From a virus (Duplodnaviria > Heunggongvirae > Uroviricota > Caudoviricetes), in the IMG/VR virus record IMGVR_UViG_2609459819_000001, positions 1 through 42,054 of that record: DNA of 42,054 nt. The stretch is one strand, 5' to 3'. A program made the translations under genes and the position numbers. Of the stretch, positions 27,292 through 34,549 are shown in pieces. A model generated the notes under the pieces. The model made no database searches. It was not told the origin of the DNA and was given only the letters and a program-made list of their open reading frames with translations. Each line of letters opens with the position of its first letter. Within the stretch, counting starts at the first letter, position 1.

Positions 27292-27540
27292 TCAGACCGT
27301 TGATTTCATATTATCAGAAGGTGGGGTTACCCGGTAGCCGAGACGGTGAATAAACTGCATAAAACCATTAGGAGTAAAGACCTCTTCATCATCCAGCAAA
27401 GGCCGCATAGAAACCATGCCATTGACGCGATAAATTAGATGCCTGCCCGATGAAGGAAAGCTAAACACCACGCAGCCGTCAGACCTTCTTACAATGTCAT
27501 ACCAGTTGTCATCTGACGTTTGCAAAGCTGAATCACTCAC
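27292..27540 (-). CDS. Hypothetical 82-aa protein, likely co-transcribed with the dinI-like gene
   Basis: GTG start with AGGGAG upstream; no terminator seen between it and dinI-like gene. Confidence 0.3.
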   Translation of the reverse strand: MSDSALQTSDDNWYDIVRRSDGCVVFSFPSSGRHLIYRVNGMVSMRPLLDDEEVFTPNGFMQFIHRLGYRVTPPSDNMKSTV

Positions 27541-27657
27541 ATTTATGTTCTCCCTTCGAGCGACTAACAGACGCGATTAAAGATTGTCGGCAGCAGCATC
27601 AGAGGGTTACGCAAATTGCGGTATTCTGATAAATGCGCGCCAGCCTTAAGCGCAATT

Positions 27658-27891
27658 CTAATAAAACCAGTCGTCAGCGCTTTCCCAGGTTTCCTGGAGG
27701 ATGGATTCGATTTTCTTTTTATCGTCCTTGTCTCCACCGAAAACACTTAACCCATCGGACCCGGCACGGCGGATTGTGAGCCTGCAATTGTCATAGTGAT
27801 CATTCAGGCGCTTAAGCAATTCTTTCTCCAGTGCTGGTACCGCGCCTTTAGGAAGTTCTTTCATGCGATCAATGGTTAATTCAACTTTCAT
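27658..27891 (-). CDS. dinI: DinI-family protein
   Basis: C-terminus KKIESILQETWESADDWFY matches DinI signature; start at second ATG with GGAGG 5 nt upstream; LexA box directly upstream. Confidence 0.75.
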   Translation of the reverse strand: MKVELTIDRMKELPKGAVPALEKELLKRLNDHYDNCRLTIRRAGSDGLSVFGGDKDDKKKIESILQETWESADDWFY

Positions 27892-27909
27892 AATGGCCTC
27901 CATTGCATG

Positions 27910-27929
27910 TACTGTGTTTTTATACAGTA
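27910..27929. promoter_or_regulatory. LexA (SOS) box TACTGTGTTTTTATACAGTA
   Basis: Perfect CTGT-N8-ACAG with flanking TA/TA, 19 nt upstream of dinI-like start codon, overlapping a TATACT -10-like hexamer. Confidence 0.7.
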
Positions 27930-27990
27930 TACCTATGCACGGAAATGATCAACGTTTTAAGAGCACAAATTGTTAATTTTCTGTCAGTAG

Positions 27991-28018
27991 AAAAAAAAAA
28001 AAACCCGCCGTAGCGGGT
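27991..28018 (-). terminator. Strong intrinsic terminator (minus strand)
   Basis: ACCCGC-tacg-GCGGGT stem followed by a 12-13 nt T run on the minus strand. Confidence 0.6.
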
Positions 28019-28222
28019 TGAATTAGCAATGTTTTATTAAGCCGCTATTTGTTTCTGCTGACAAAGCTCTGGCAAATTTGCACGCACCAGTGCTTCAGCA
28101 AACATCGCTGGCTCCGCCGTGAAATCGCGGGATTCTGTTTTGTATCTGCTAATTATGAACCAGCAGAAACTTTACTAAGATATGAAAATTAGCCTGCTTA
28201 AACAGCCTTTATGAAAGGTTAG

Positions 28223-28690
28223 TTAATCTTCAAAAAGCTTAAAAGCCAAGTAAGCAACACTTGCGACTGCTGCGACAGGTGCCACCGCTGTGATTATTGC
28301 CCCGGCGGCCATTCCTCCTCCAACAACCGAACCAACGGCTGCCATTCCGGATGAGATCGACGCAGCCCCTGCCGTTCCTGCTGCGCCTGCTAAAGATGCA
28401 ACACTGGCTCCAACTGTTCCAGCTGTTGCAGACATTATAGTAGCAGCTGACCCACCAGTAACGGCCGAAGCTGTAGTGGCTGCAACGCCAGCAGTTCCGA
28501 TCAATCCACCAGCACCGACAATTGTTGAAGATTTTATTTCTGAATTTGAATCAAGCACAGTTTTTCCAGGCGACCGAGAGTTCGAATCTTCTATAGTGTT
28601 CTCCCTAACGGCTTGTTCAAGGGCCTCGGCAAATACTCTCACTGCCTGCTGGGGTGATGAATGTTGCACAACTTCATTCTTAGTATCCAT
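28223..28690 (-). CDS. Gly/Ala-rich putative membrane-active protein
   Basis: 155-aa ORF; polar 55-aa N-terminus then about 100 aa of G/A/S/T/V-rich sequence with repeated small-xxx-small spacing; GGAGAG 6 nt upstream; own downstream terminator. Confidence 0.4.
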   Translation of the reverse strand: MDTKNEVVQHSSPQQAVRVFAEALEQAVRENTIEDSNSRSPGKTVLDSNSEIKSSTIVGAGGLIGTAGVAATTASAVTGGSAATIMSATAGTVGASVASLAGAAGTAGAASISSGMAAVGSVVGGGMAAGAIITAVAPVAAVASVAYLAFKLFED

Positions 28691-28818
28691 TATCGCTCTC
28701 CGGGTATAATTTCATTGCTGTCCATTATCATAAACTAAGATTTACACTCTCAGTAATGTCCATCTCACAATGCATAATCAAATACACTCGAAACATTATT
28801 CATTGTTGCTACGGTGAG

Positions 28819-29295
28819 TCAGCTAAAATCAATACGCTCATGATTCATTCTGTCATGTACACATGGCTCACCGTCTTTCGGCTCAGGCCATTTGCGCTGT
28901 TTGTTAATCGCCAACTTCTCTACCATCGCTTGGGTAATCTGTTCATCACTGATACCGGCACGACGTTGCGCATCCCATAACAGGAATTGCATGTCAGCCC
29001 ATTCGGTAAGGTCACTTGGTTCAGCTGCCGCCTCGAGCGCTTCTTTGGAAAGGTGCTTCAGCGGACCAACTGGACCGACATCGCCGAAAGTAGCCTGTGA
29101 CCATGTAGCATGCTCACGGCGTACTTGCTCACGGGCCATCGACTCCAGAACTCCATCAATCACCTTCACAGCATCAGCCATTGCGTAGCCGAGATTACCG
29201 CCGTCGCTTTGTGCTGCTGCGTTGCTGAGTATTTCGCGTATCTGGTGCAGGCGATCGAGTGATACATGACCGTGCGCCGGGTGGTTAGTTGTCAT
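28819..29295 (-). CDS. DUF550-like protein (possible dATP/dGTP pyrophosphohydrolase domain)
   Basis: 158-aa ORF; family assignment from memory of similar prophage proteins, not verified. Confidence 0.35.
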   Translation of the reverse strand: MTTNHPAHGHVSLDRLHQIREILSNAAAQSDGGNLGYAMADAVKVIDGVLESMAREQVRREHATWSQATFGDVGPVGPLKHLSKEALEAAAEPSDLTEWADMQFLLWDAQRRAGISDEQITQAMVEKLAINKQRKWPEPKDGEPCVHDRMNHERIDFS

Positions 29296-29298
29296 GGG

Positions 29299-29502
29299 TT
29301 AGTCCGTCCAGTAAGTAAGTTCTTCCGCCAGGCGGTCATCTGCTTCGGCTTGGTTAGGGATATCAGCATCGGTTTCTATGCTGGCTCCGGCAAAATCACG
29401 AGCACAAGCTTTGCGGTGTTTACGATTGCCCATGTCCCATTCTGGATTTTTAAGCTCTTTGTTCCATGCCCGTAGCATGAGTTTCATTGGTGACTTTGAC
29501 AT
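29299..29502 (-). CDS. Hypothetical 67-aa protein
   Basis: ORF in tightly packed early-right operon. Confidence 0.3.
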   Translation of the reverse strand: MSKSPMKLMLRAWNKELKNPEWDMGNRKHRKACARDFAGASIETDADIPNQAEADDRLAEELTYWTD

Positions 29503-29503
29503 C

Positions 29504-30049
29504 TCATTCCCCCTTCACGCCAATGCCAGCGGCGCGGTCAATGCGTTCAATTTCTGCCAGAATAAGAGCGCCAGCTTTTACCAAGTCGCAGCGTGCTCCT
29601 GATTGCTTCCACCAATCAGGCGACCACGGCCAATGTGCTGGAGTGGAGAAACCTTGGTTGTGCGCATGAATTGCGTAACAAGCCGCTGCATCTGCTAATT
29701 CGCTATTTTGATATGCGTTGTCATGTTCAGGAGTCCATCCTTCAACCGACTGTTGCCGCTGACGTTCGGCTACCACATCCAGAATTGCTGGATTGAATGA
29801 ACGCGCCTCCAGTTCTGCTATGCGCTTCTCTGCGGCTTCCAGCTCATCCAGCAGCGCCAGCACGGTGGCGGGGTTGGCTGCGGCGATAAATGCAGCATCA
29901 CGCGCTTCGTTTTCACTGAATACCATGGCTATTTGCTCATGGTTCACGCCGTCAGTGGAGTAAATCTCATCGTCGAACTCAACAGCCCACCGGCCTTTCG
30001 TCGCCTTCTCCGCTGCTTCCCGTAATCCACGTTTGTCGATGTTGCTCAT
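29504..30049 (-). CDS. Ead/Ea22-like protein
   Basis: NPATVLALLDELEAAEKRIAELEAR motif recalled from Ead/Ea22-like prophage proteins. Confidence 0.4.
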   Translation of the reverse strand: MSNIDKRGLREAAEKATKGRWAVEFDDEIYSTDGVNHEQIAMVFSENEARDAAFIAAANPATVLALLDELEAAEKRIAELEARSFNPAILDVVAERQRQQSVEGWTPEHDNAYQNSELADAAACYAIHAHNQGFSTPAHWPWSPDWWKQSGARCDLVKAGALILAEIERIDRAAGIGVKGE

Positions 30050-30243
30050 TGGGCGGCCTCCTCCATGGCTGGGTCTGCTGGTAAAGTCATGTGCGGCACT
30101 TCAATCAGTTCTGCCCGAGCATCAGCCGTGTTAAGCGCCATTAATGCGACGATCCGCTTCTGCTCAGCATCCATTCGTAACGCTACTGTCTTGCCGTTCA
30201 TATTGAAGAACACCGCAACGTTTTTGATATCTTCGATTTTCAT
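30046..30243 (-). CDS. Hypothetical 65-aa protein
   Basis: Start at internal ATG 30243 (ATGA overlap with ren stop); GGGAGGG upstream. Confidence 0.3.
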   Translation of the reverse strand: MKIEDIKNVAVFFNMNGKTVALRMDAEQKRIVALMALNTADARAELIEVPHMTLPADPAMEEAAQ

Positions 30244-30584
30244 ACCCCTACCCTCCCCCAAACCATCAATACCCTTCTCATCGCCGCGCTGTTGCGGCAC
30301 TCCTGGCAGATCACGTTTGTGTCCGTCCGCTGAATTAACTTCGACTTACCCTGCTTCATGCCAGGTATCGTGTCAGGGGCGAAGCGCATTCCGTAGCTGG
30401 TCAGGCTGTAAAGGCGCTGGCCGTATTTTCCTTCGCAGCGGATCAGGCCGTCTGCCAGCAGCGTGCTCACCGTTCCGGATATCTTTTTGGTGTCCATGCC
30501 GATAAGCCCTGCCAGTTTGGCGTTGTTCAACCCTGGGTTGTTGCGCAGGGCTGCCAGCACCTGCTCACGGATTGTTATGTTCAT
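30240..30584 (-). CDS. ren: Ren-like protein
   Basis: C-terminus CQECRNSAAMRRVLMVWG resembles lambda Ren (ECRQSAAMKRVLAVYG) as recalled; located directly after P. Confidence 0.7.
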   Translation of the reverse strand: MNITIREQVLAALRNNPGLNNAKLAGLIGMDTKKISGTVSTLLADGLIRCEGKYGQRLYSLTSYGMRFAPDTIPGMKQGKSKLIQRTDTNVICQECRNSAAMRRVLMVWGRVGV

Positions 30585-30585
30585 G

Positions 30586-31275
30586 TCACACCATCCCGTT
30601 CGACTTGTTGCGGTTGTACTTGGCCAGCAGCAGCTGGATCGGCGTCGGCCCTTGCTCGGCAGCTGGTGCGGCAATAGCCCGGCGTACCGGCGGCACTGGC
30701 TTACCCTCGGTGACGCGCCTTTCCCACATGTCCAGCAGATCGCCTGCCTCGCGTGCCAGTTCACCATGCGTTAACTGGCGCTCGGTGCTGCGGTGGCGCA
30801 ATTCTACGCAAATGTGGTACATGACCGGCTGCGACCATGGAAATTGCTCGCTGGAGATGAATTCGAACGAGCGGTTACGCCAGTCCCAGTATTCGGCGAT
30901 CACCTGGTCAACGTTGACGCCCAGCGCGCCGCTGCTCTGCTTGCACCAGGCGACGAACTGGCCCGGCGACGGCAGGAATGGGCGCTCCTGGCGGCGGGCA
31001 ATGCGCATGCCGGCATCGACCTGAGCCATGGTGTGGATCCCGTTCTCCTGAAACGCCAGCAGCCACTGACGGCGGAATTCGTTCAGGTCTTCCTGGGTGC
31101 GGAAGTTCGCCATGCTGGCCGGGAACGCGGCGCGCAGCTCGTTGAACAGCTTGTTGAATACCTGCGCCACCTGCTCGACCGGCGCGCACTCCTGGTACTG
31201 CTCTGGCAGGTTATGGGCCATGCGGCTCATCTGCTCGCGGTCGCGGTTACGCATCTGCTCTGCAAGAGATTTCAT
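30586..31275 (-). CDS. P: Replication protein P (DnaB helicase loader), lambda P family
   Basis: MKSLAEQMRNRDREQM...FPAS..RRQWLLAFQENGI..RPFLPSPGQFVAWC closely parallels lambda P as recalled. Confidence 0.85.
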   Translation of the reverse strand: MKSLAEQMRNRDREQMSRMAHNLPEQYQECAPVEQVAQVFNKLFNELRAAFPASMANFRTQEDLNEFRRQWLLAFQENGIHTMAQVDAGMRIARRQERPFLPSPGQFVAWCKQSSGALGVNVDQVIAEYWDWRNRSFEFISSEQFPWSQPVMYHICVELRHRSTERQLTHGELAREAGDLLDMWERRVTEGKPVPPVRRAIAAPAAEQGPTPIQLLLAKYNRNKSNGMV

Positions 31276-32180
31276 CGGATCACCCCATAGGCCCAGTCAG
31301 TGTTGTTGAAGTCCAGATCTGGCTTGACAGCGCGCTGCTCACCTCCGGCGTTACGCTGCATTGTCAGCTTGTCCCACTGCTTACGCAGGCTTTCGGGACT
31401 CAGGATGTTGGTCTGCCAGAAGTGGTGTTTGCTAGCCCAGTCATACAGCGCGCAGATGTCCTGGTGCGACCGGTTGTCTATCTGGCGCATCAGGCGAACA
31501 GTGTTAGACCAGGAGGTCATGTCCGGGGCTTTGCAGGTTGGGTTAATCAGCTTCACCCTGGAGGAAATCCACTTAGCTGTCTCGAGGTCTTCAGCAGAGC
31601 CCCACTTCGCACCGGATGGTGTGTAGACCGCAGCTTCAGGATGAGTTGATAAAAATTTCTTCAGACGTGCGTCAGAGGATTCGTCAGAATTCTCTGACGA
31701 AGATCTTTTAATACTGTTCTTGTTCTTGTATTGGGTGTCTACCGTTTTCGGGAAGGTTATTCCTGATTTCGGGAAGGATTTTCCCGTTTTCGGGAATTTT
31801 CTTCCCGTTTCCGGTTTGTCTAAAATCCATGCTGAAAGGTCAGTGTTTACACCGACGATTTTCATCATGCCCTGCTTCTGTGAAAAGATGATTTTGCGTT
31901 CTGCGAGAGACTTAAGCGCGTCCGATACATGCGTATCGCTCAGGCCCGTAAGCTCGGCAATAACCGTATTTGTCACGCGGTCCTGTTTCTTGTTCCAGCC
32001 GTAGGTAAGCCAGATCACCGCCTCAAAACATTGCCATTCCCGGCCTGACAGTCTCAGGCGAGGCTTAAGCTGTTGGATCTCGTTAGCGACCTTGGTATAC
32101 CCGTTCGACAGGTCGGCCATACGACCTCCCGGTTGTTCGGTTTTATTTGGGAAATTGATTATTTCAGCGGTGTTTGACAT
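31272..32180 (-). CDS. O: Replication initiator O (lambda O family, N-terminal iteron-binding domain)
   Basis: Start MSNTAEIINFP (lambda O: MTNTAKILNF); contains iteron-encoded FPKTGKSFPKSGITFPKT linker. Confidence 0.8.
   Translation of the reverse strand: MSNTAEIINFPNKTEQPGGRMADLSNGYTKVANEIQQLKPRLRLSGREWQCFEAVIWLTYGWNKKQDRVTNTVIAELTGLSDTHVSDALKSLAERKIIFSQKQGMMKIVGVNTDLSAWILDKPETGRKFPKTGKSFPKSGITFPKTVDTQYKNKNSIKRSSSENSDESSDARLKKFLSTHPEAAVYTPSGAKWGSAEDLETAKWISSRVKLINPTCKAPDMTSWSNTVRLMRQIDNRSHQDICALYDWASKHHFWQTNILSPESLRKQWDKLTMQRNAGGEQRAVKPDLDFNNTDWAYGVIR
31740..31816. repeat. Origin iterons: four direct repeats (core TTTTCGGGAA) at 21-bp spacing, adjacent AT-rich segment
   Basis: Cores at 31745, 31766/7, 31787, 31807; each part of a TTCCCG..CGGGAA inverted repeat; inside the O gene as in lambda ori. 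Confidence 0.6.
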
Positions 32181-32189
32181 ACTGTTCTC

Positions 32190-32257
32190 CGCAATTACGC
32201 CCTGTTTTTGCACCTGAAAGCCGTTGGTGTTCGAGCACCGCGGCTTTCGCCATTTTT
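32190..32257 (+). ncRNA. oop-like antisense small RNA (predicted, about 70 nt)
   Basis: Plus-strand promoter TTGATT(32155-60)-17 nt-CATACT(32178-83) and plus-strand terminator GAAAGCCG..CGGCTTTC + TTTTT (32216-32257); antisense to the O start / cII-position gene 3' end. Confidence 0.35.
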
Positions 32258-32264
32258 GAACCGG

Positions 32265-32804
32265 TCATATAACCCCCAGCATAATCTGCACCATTTCCAT
32301 CAACGGACCGGTTAACCCAGGGTCAACGCGATACATCTCCACGATCCCCTCGCTCAACTCTTTCAGCTTCTGATGACGTGGCGCATCCATTGCGACAGCA
32401 ATCTTCGCTTCGCTGGTTTCCTTCCCCAGCCTTGCCAGACGAGCCATTACGTTGTCTTCTGGTAGCAGACGATTGCGGTATTCAATCGGCAGGACAGCGA
32501 GGATTGCCGGCGTCAGCTGGCGAACGTTTTCGCGGTACCGTTCGCTGTTGAAATGGTTATCCAGAAAGCGGAAAAGCTTCTGACGCTGTCGGCTGAGGTC
32601 ATCAGGGAAAGTGATCTCGTCTCCCCCTTGAGCCTGGTACTCTTCGATGATCAGAGCAGAAACGACATCCTGACCATCTACACCCGCCCACGCACGAACG
32701 GCATCGCGGATCTGGTCATGTTTATCTACCGAGACAGGTTGATTGCGATTTATCATCGCAGCCGTTTGATATCCGCTATTTTGATGAAGTGATAGTGACT
32801 GCAT
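32265..32804 (-). CDS. cII-position regulatory protein (YdaT-like?)
   Basis: 179-aa ORF directly downstream of cro-like gene; YdaT-like assignment by position (Rac ydaS-ydaT arrangement), low certainty. Confidence 0.35.
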   Translation of the reverse strand: MQSLSLHQNSGYQTAAMINRNQPVSVDKHDQIRDAVRAWAGVDGQDVVSALIIEEYQAQGGDEITFPDDLSRQRQKLFRFLDNHFNSERYRENVRQLTPAILAVLPIEYRNRLLPEDNVMARLARLGKETSEAKIAVAMDAPRHQKLKELSEGIVEMYRVDPGLTGPLMEMVQIMLGVI

Positions 32805-32806
32805 GG

Positions 32807-33040
32807 TTATGCCCTCGCTTCCTGAGCCGGTAATCCATCCGTAGGGTTGAGGTACAAATCAGGGCGTAACTCATGTGGAGTTACACCTGTAGCATTGAAA
32901 ATAGGAATGACACGGTTAGCCGGTACGAATCCATTGTCACGGTGACGCCAGTGACTGACCGTCATTGGGGATACATTGAGCTTTTCTGCTAAACGGGTTG
33001 CACCCCCTACGATGCATATTGCTTTATCAAGTGCTTTCAT
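32807..33040 (-). CDS. cro: Cro-like HTH regulator (YdaS/Cro family)
   Basis: 77 aa from internal ATG 33040 (MKALDKAICIVGGATRLAEKLNVSPMTVSHW...); GGAG 6 nt upstream; divergent from the repressor gene. Confidence 0.55.
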   Translation of the reverse strand: MKALDKAICIVGGATRLAEKLNVSPMTVSHWRHRDNGFVPANRVIPIFNATGVTPHELRPDLYLNPTDGLPAQEARA

Positions 33041-33067
33041 ATTTGGCTCCAAGTAATAACGAACCAA

Positions 33068-33096
33068 ATTAAACATTATGTTTATGTTCAAGTCAA
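33068..33096 (-). promoter_or_regulatory. pR-like promoter (TTGACT-17 nt-TTTAAT)
   Basis: -35 at 33096..33091, -10 at 33073..33068 on minus strand; operator palindrome in the spacer. Confidence 0.5.
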
Positions 33097-33111
33097 CATT
33101 ATGAATGTTGA
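33070..33111. promoter_or_regulatory. OR-like operators: palindromes TAAACATTATGTTTA (33070-33084) and TCAACATTATGAATGTTGA (33093-33111)
   Basis: Two perfect palindromes sharing AACATTATG in the 103-bp cro/repressor intergenic region, overlapping the pR -10/-35. Confidence 0.5.
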
Positions 33112-33135
33112 GGCGATAAACTTTTAGTTTAGAAT
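33108..33135 (+). promoter_or_regulatory. pRM-like promoter for the repressor (TTGAGG-16 nt-TAGAAT), near-leaderless transcript
   Basis: -10 ends 8 nt before the repressor ATG (33144); no SD present. Confidence 0.35.
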
Positions 33136-33143
33136 CTTGATAT

Positions 33144-33539
33144 ATGAGAAAAAACACACACCAAACAGATAACCCGCAGGTTCGGCGGTTAAATGAAATC
33201 ATCGAGAAGAAGCGCATATCCAAAGCGGATATAGCGAGAATCTGTGGTGTGAGCGCACAATCAGTCAACAACTGGTTTGTCAGAGGAGCGATAGGAAAAA
33301 GCTCAGCAATAAAACTTGCCGATGCGCTAGGCGTAAGTCTTGAGTGGGTTCTAGGTCAGGACGTGGATGCTAAGAACGGTTTGAGACACGACGAACGGAG
33401 ACTGTTGGAACTCTATAATCAACTCCCAAACGAAGAAGAACAACAGAACATGTTGCGGATCGTATCTCTACGGTTGAAAGAACTCGATGAACTGTACGCC
33501 AAGTACATGGGACGGCGGATTAAGGGCGATGCCGAGTAA
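33144..33539 (+). CDS. Phage repressor, HTH XRE family (cI-like but without peptidase S24 domain)
   Basis: 131-aa ORF divergent from cro; HTH-like region ISKADIARICGVSAQSVNNW; no Ala-Gly / Ser-Lys autocleavage region visible. Confidence 0.6.
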   Translation: MRKNTHQTDNPQVRRLNEIIEKKRISKADIARICGVSAQSVNNWFVRGAIGKSSAIKLADALGVSLEWVLGQDVDAKNGLRHDERRLLELYNQLPNEEEQQNMLRIVSLRLKELDELYAKYMGRRIKGDAE

Positions 33540-33584
33540 CGAGCCGCTGGTGCCCAGGAAGCATGGGTAGACAGGGATAAAATC

Positions 33585-33683
33585 ATGAGAATTGGTATAG
33601 TGTTTCCGATCTTGGTGTTCATCGTAGCTATGGGGTTTATGGCATGGTTTATCATCGATGGATACGCAACACCCAGCGGCTAA
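33585..33683 (+). CDS. 32-aa hydrophobic peptide (MRIGIVFPILVFIVAMGFMAWFIIDGYATPSG)
   Basis: Manually translated; AGGGA 7 nt upstream; single TM helix; immediately downstream of repressor. Confidence 0.25.
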   Translation: MRIGIVFPILVFIVAMGFMAWFIIDGYATPSG

Positions 33684-33795
33684 TTCGCAGTTCCACCGGT
33701 TGATAGCTTATAACAAATTATAGTAGTTGAAGGTGAAACAGATCGGGTATCTTCTGATATAACAATGAAACATTTTGTCTATAGATAGCATAGCT

Positions 33796-33816
33796 TGCAA
33801 CTAGATTTCAGTTGCA
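33796..33816. promoter_or_regulatory. Inverted repeat TGCAACT-N7-AGTTGCA upstream of hicA (candidate HicB operator)
   Basis: Perfect 7-bp arms, about 28 nt upstream of hicA start. Confidence 0.3.
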
Positions 33817-33843
33817 CTACCTTTAACAGAGGATGTATCCTTC

Positions 33844-34098
33844 GTGGGAAGAAAGGAAAAGCTAAAGTCAAAGTTAGACGGCTTACCCAAAAATTTTACT
33901 TGGGATGAGTTCGTTACTCTCATGAACCAGTATGGCTTCAAGCTTTTGAATGCTAAACGAGGTTCTGGTCGTAAATTTTACAACCAACGTGTTGATAGAT
34001 TGGTCATTTTTCATGAGCCTCATCCTGAAAACACCCTCAAAAGGTACGTCTTGGAAGAAGTTAAACAGCTGTTAGATGAGATTGATGATCATGAATAA
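33844..34098 (+). CDS. hicA: HicA-family toxin (YcfA-like mRNA interferase)
   Basis: 84-aa ORF with GF..L...KRGSGRKF...FHEPHP pattern resembling HicA; directly upstream of a HicB-like gene; GTG start. Confidence 0.5.
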   Translation: MGRKEKLKSKLDGLPKNFTWDEFVTLMNQYGFKLLNAKRGSGRKFYNQRVDRLVIFHEPHPENTLKRYVLEEVKQLLDEIDDHE

Positions 34099-34102
34099 CT
34101 TG

Positions 34103-34549
34103 ATGAAATACAAAGGTTACTATGGTAGCTCCAGCATTTCATTTGAAGATGGGGTGATGCATGGAAAACTCGAATGTATAAATGATCTCGTCACTTATGA
34201 GGGTGCAACGGTTGCAGAACTCCGTGCAGCCTTTGAGGAGGCCGTGGACGATTACCTCTCCACTTGTGAAGAGATAGGAAAATCTCCAGATAAGACAATG
34301 AGTGGTTCGTTTAACATCCGGATAGGTGAATCCCTGCATAAAAAAGCATATTTAGCTGCTAAAGCTAAGAATATGACTTTAAACGATTATGTAAAACAGG
34401 CTGTCAGTGAGTCAGTTAATGGGAAAAAAGAGGTTCACTACCACTTTGAAAAACCGAGGGATGTTAGAGAAGTTACTTTCTTCTCATCCCGTAGACGTAC
34501 AGAAGAGACCTATTGGGAAGTTTCAGTAGACAACGGAGTGCCACATTGA
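34103..34549 (+). CDS. hicB: HicB-family antitoxin (HicB fold + C-terminal RHH-like region)
   Basis: MKYKGYYGSSSISFEDGVMHGKLECINDLVTYEGATVAELRAAFEEAVDDYLSTCEEIGKSP...FNIRIGESLHKKA matches the HicB pattern. Confidence 0.65.
   Translation: MKYKGYYGSSSISFEDGVMHGKLECINDLVTYEGATVAELRAAFEEAVDDYLSTCEEIGKSPDKTMSGSFNIRIGESLHKKAYLAAKAKNMTLNDYVKQAVSESVNGKKEVHYHFEKPRDVREVTFFSSRRRTEETYWEVSVDNGVPH

Noticed and set aside
27990-28003. 13-nt A run considered as a slippage tract or integration scar
   Set aside because: It is simply the U-tract partner of the adjacent minus-strand terminator hairpin.
28290-28709. 139-aa Pro/Ala-rich plus-strand ORF
   Set aside because: Mirror image of the Gly-rich minus-strand ORF (GGN codons read antisense); the minus strand matches operon orientation and has an SD. 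Kept as an alternative to test.
33419-33655. 78-aa minus-strand ORF overlapping the repressor 3' end
   Set aside because: Antisense to the repressor gene; the plus-strand 32-aa ORF in the same region has an SD and fits the operon direction.
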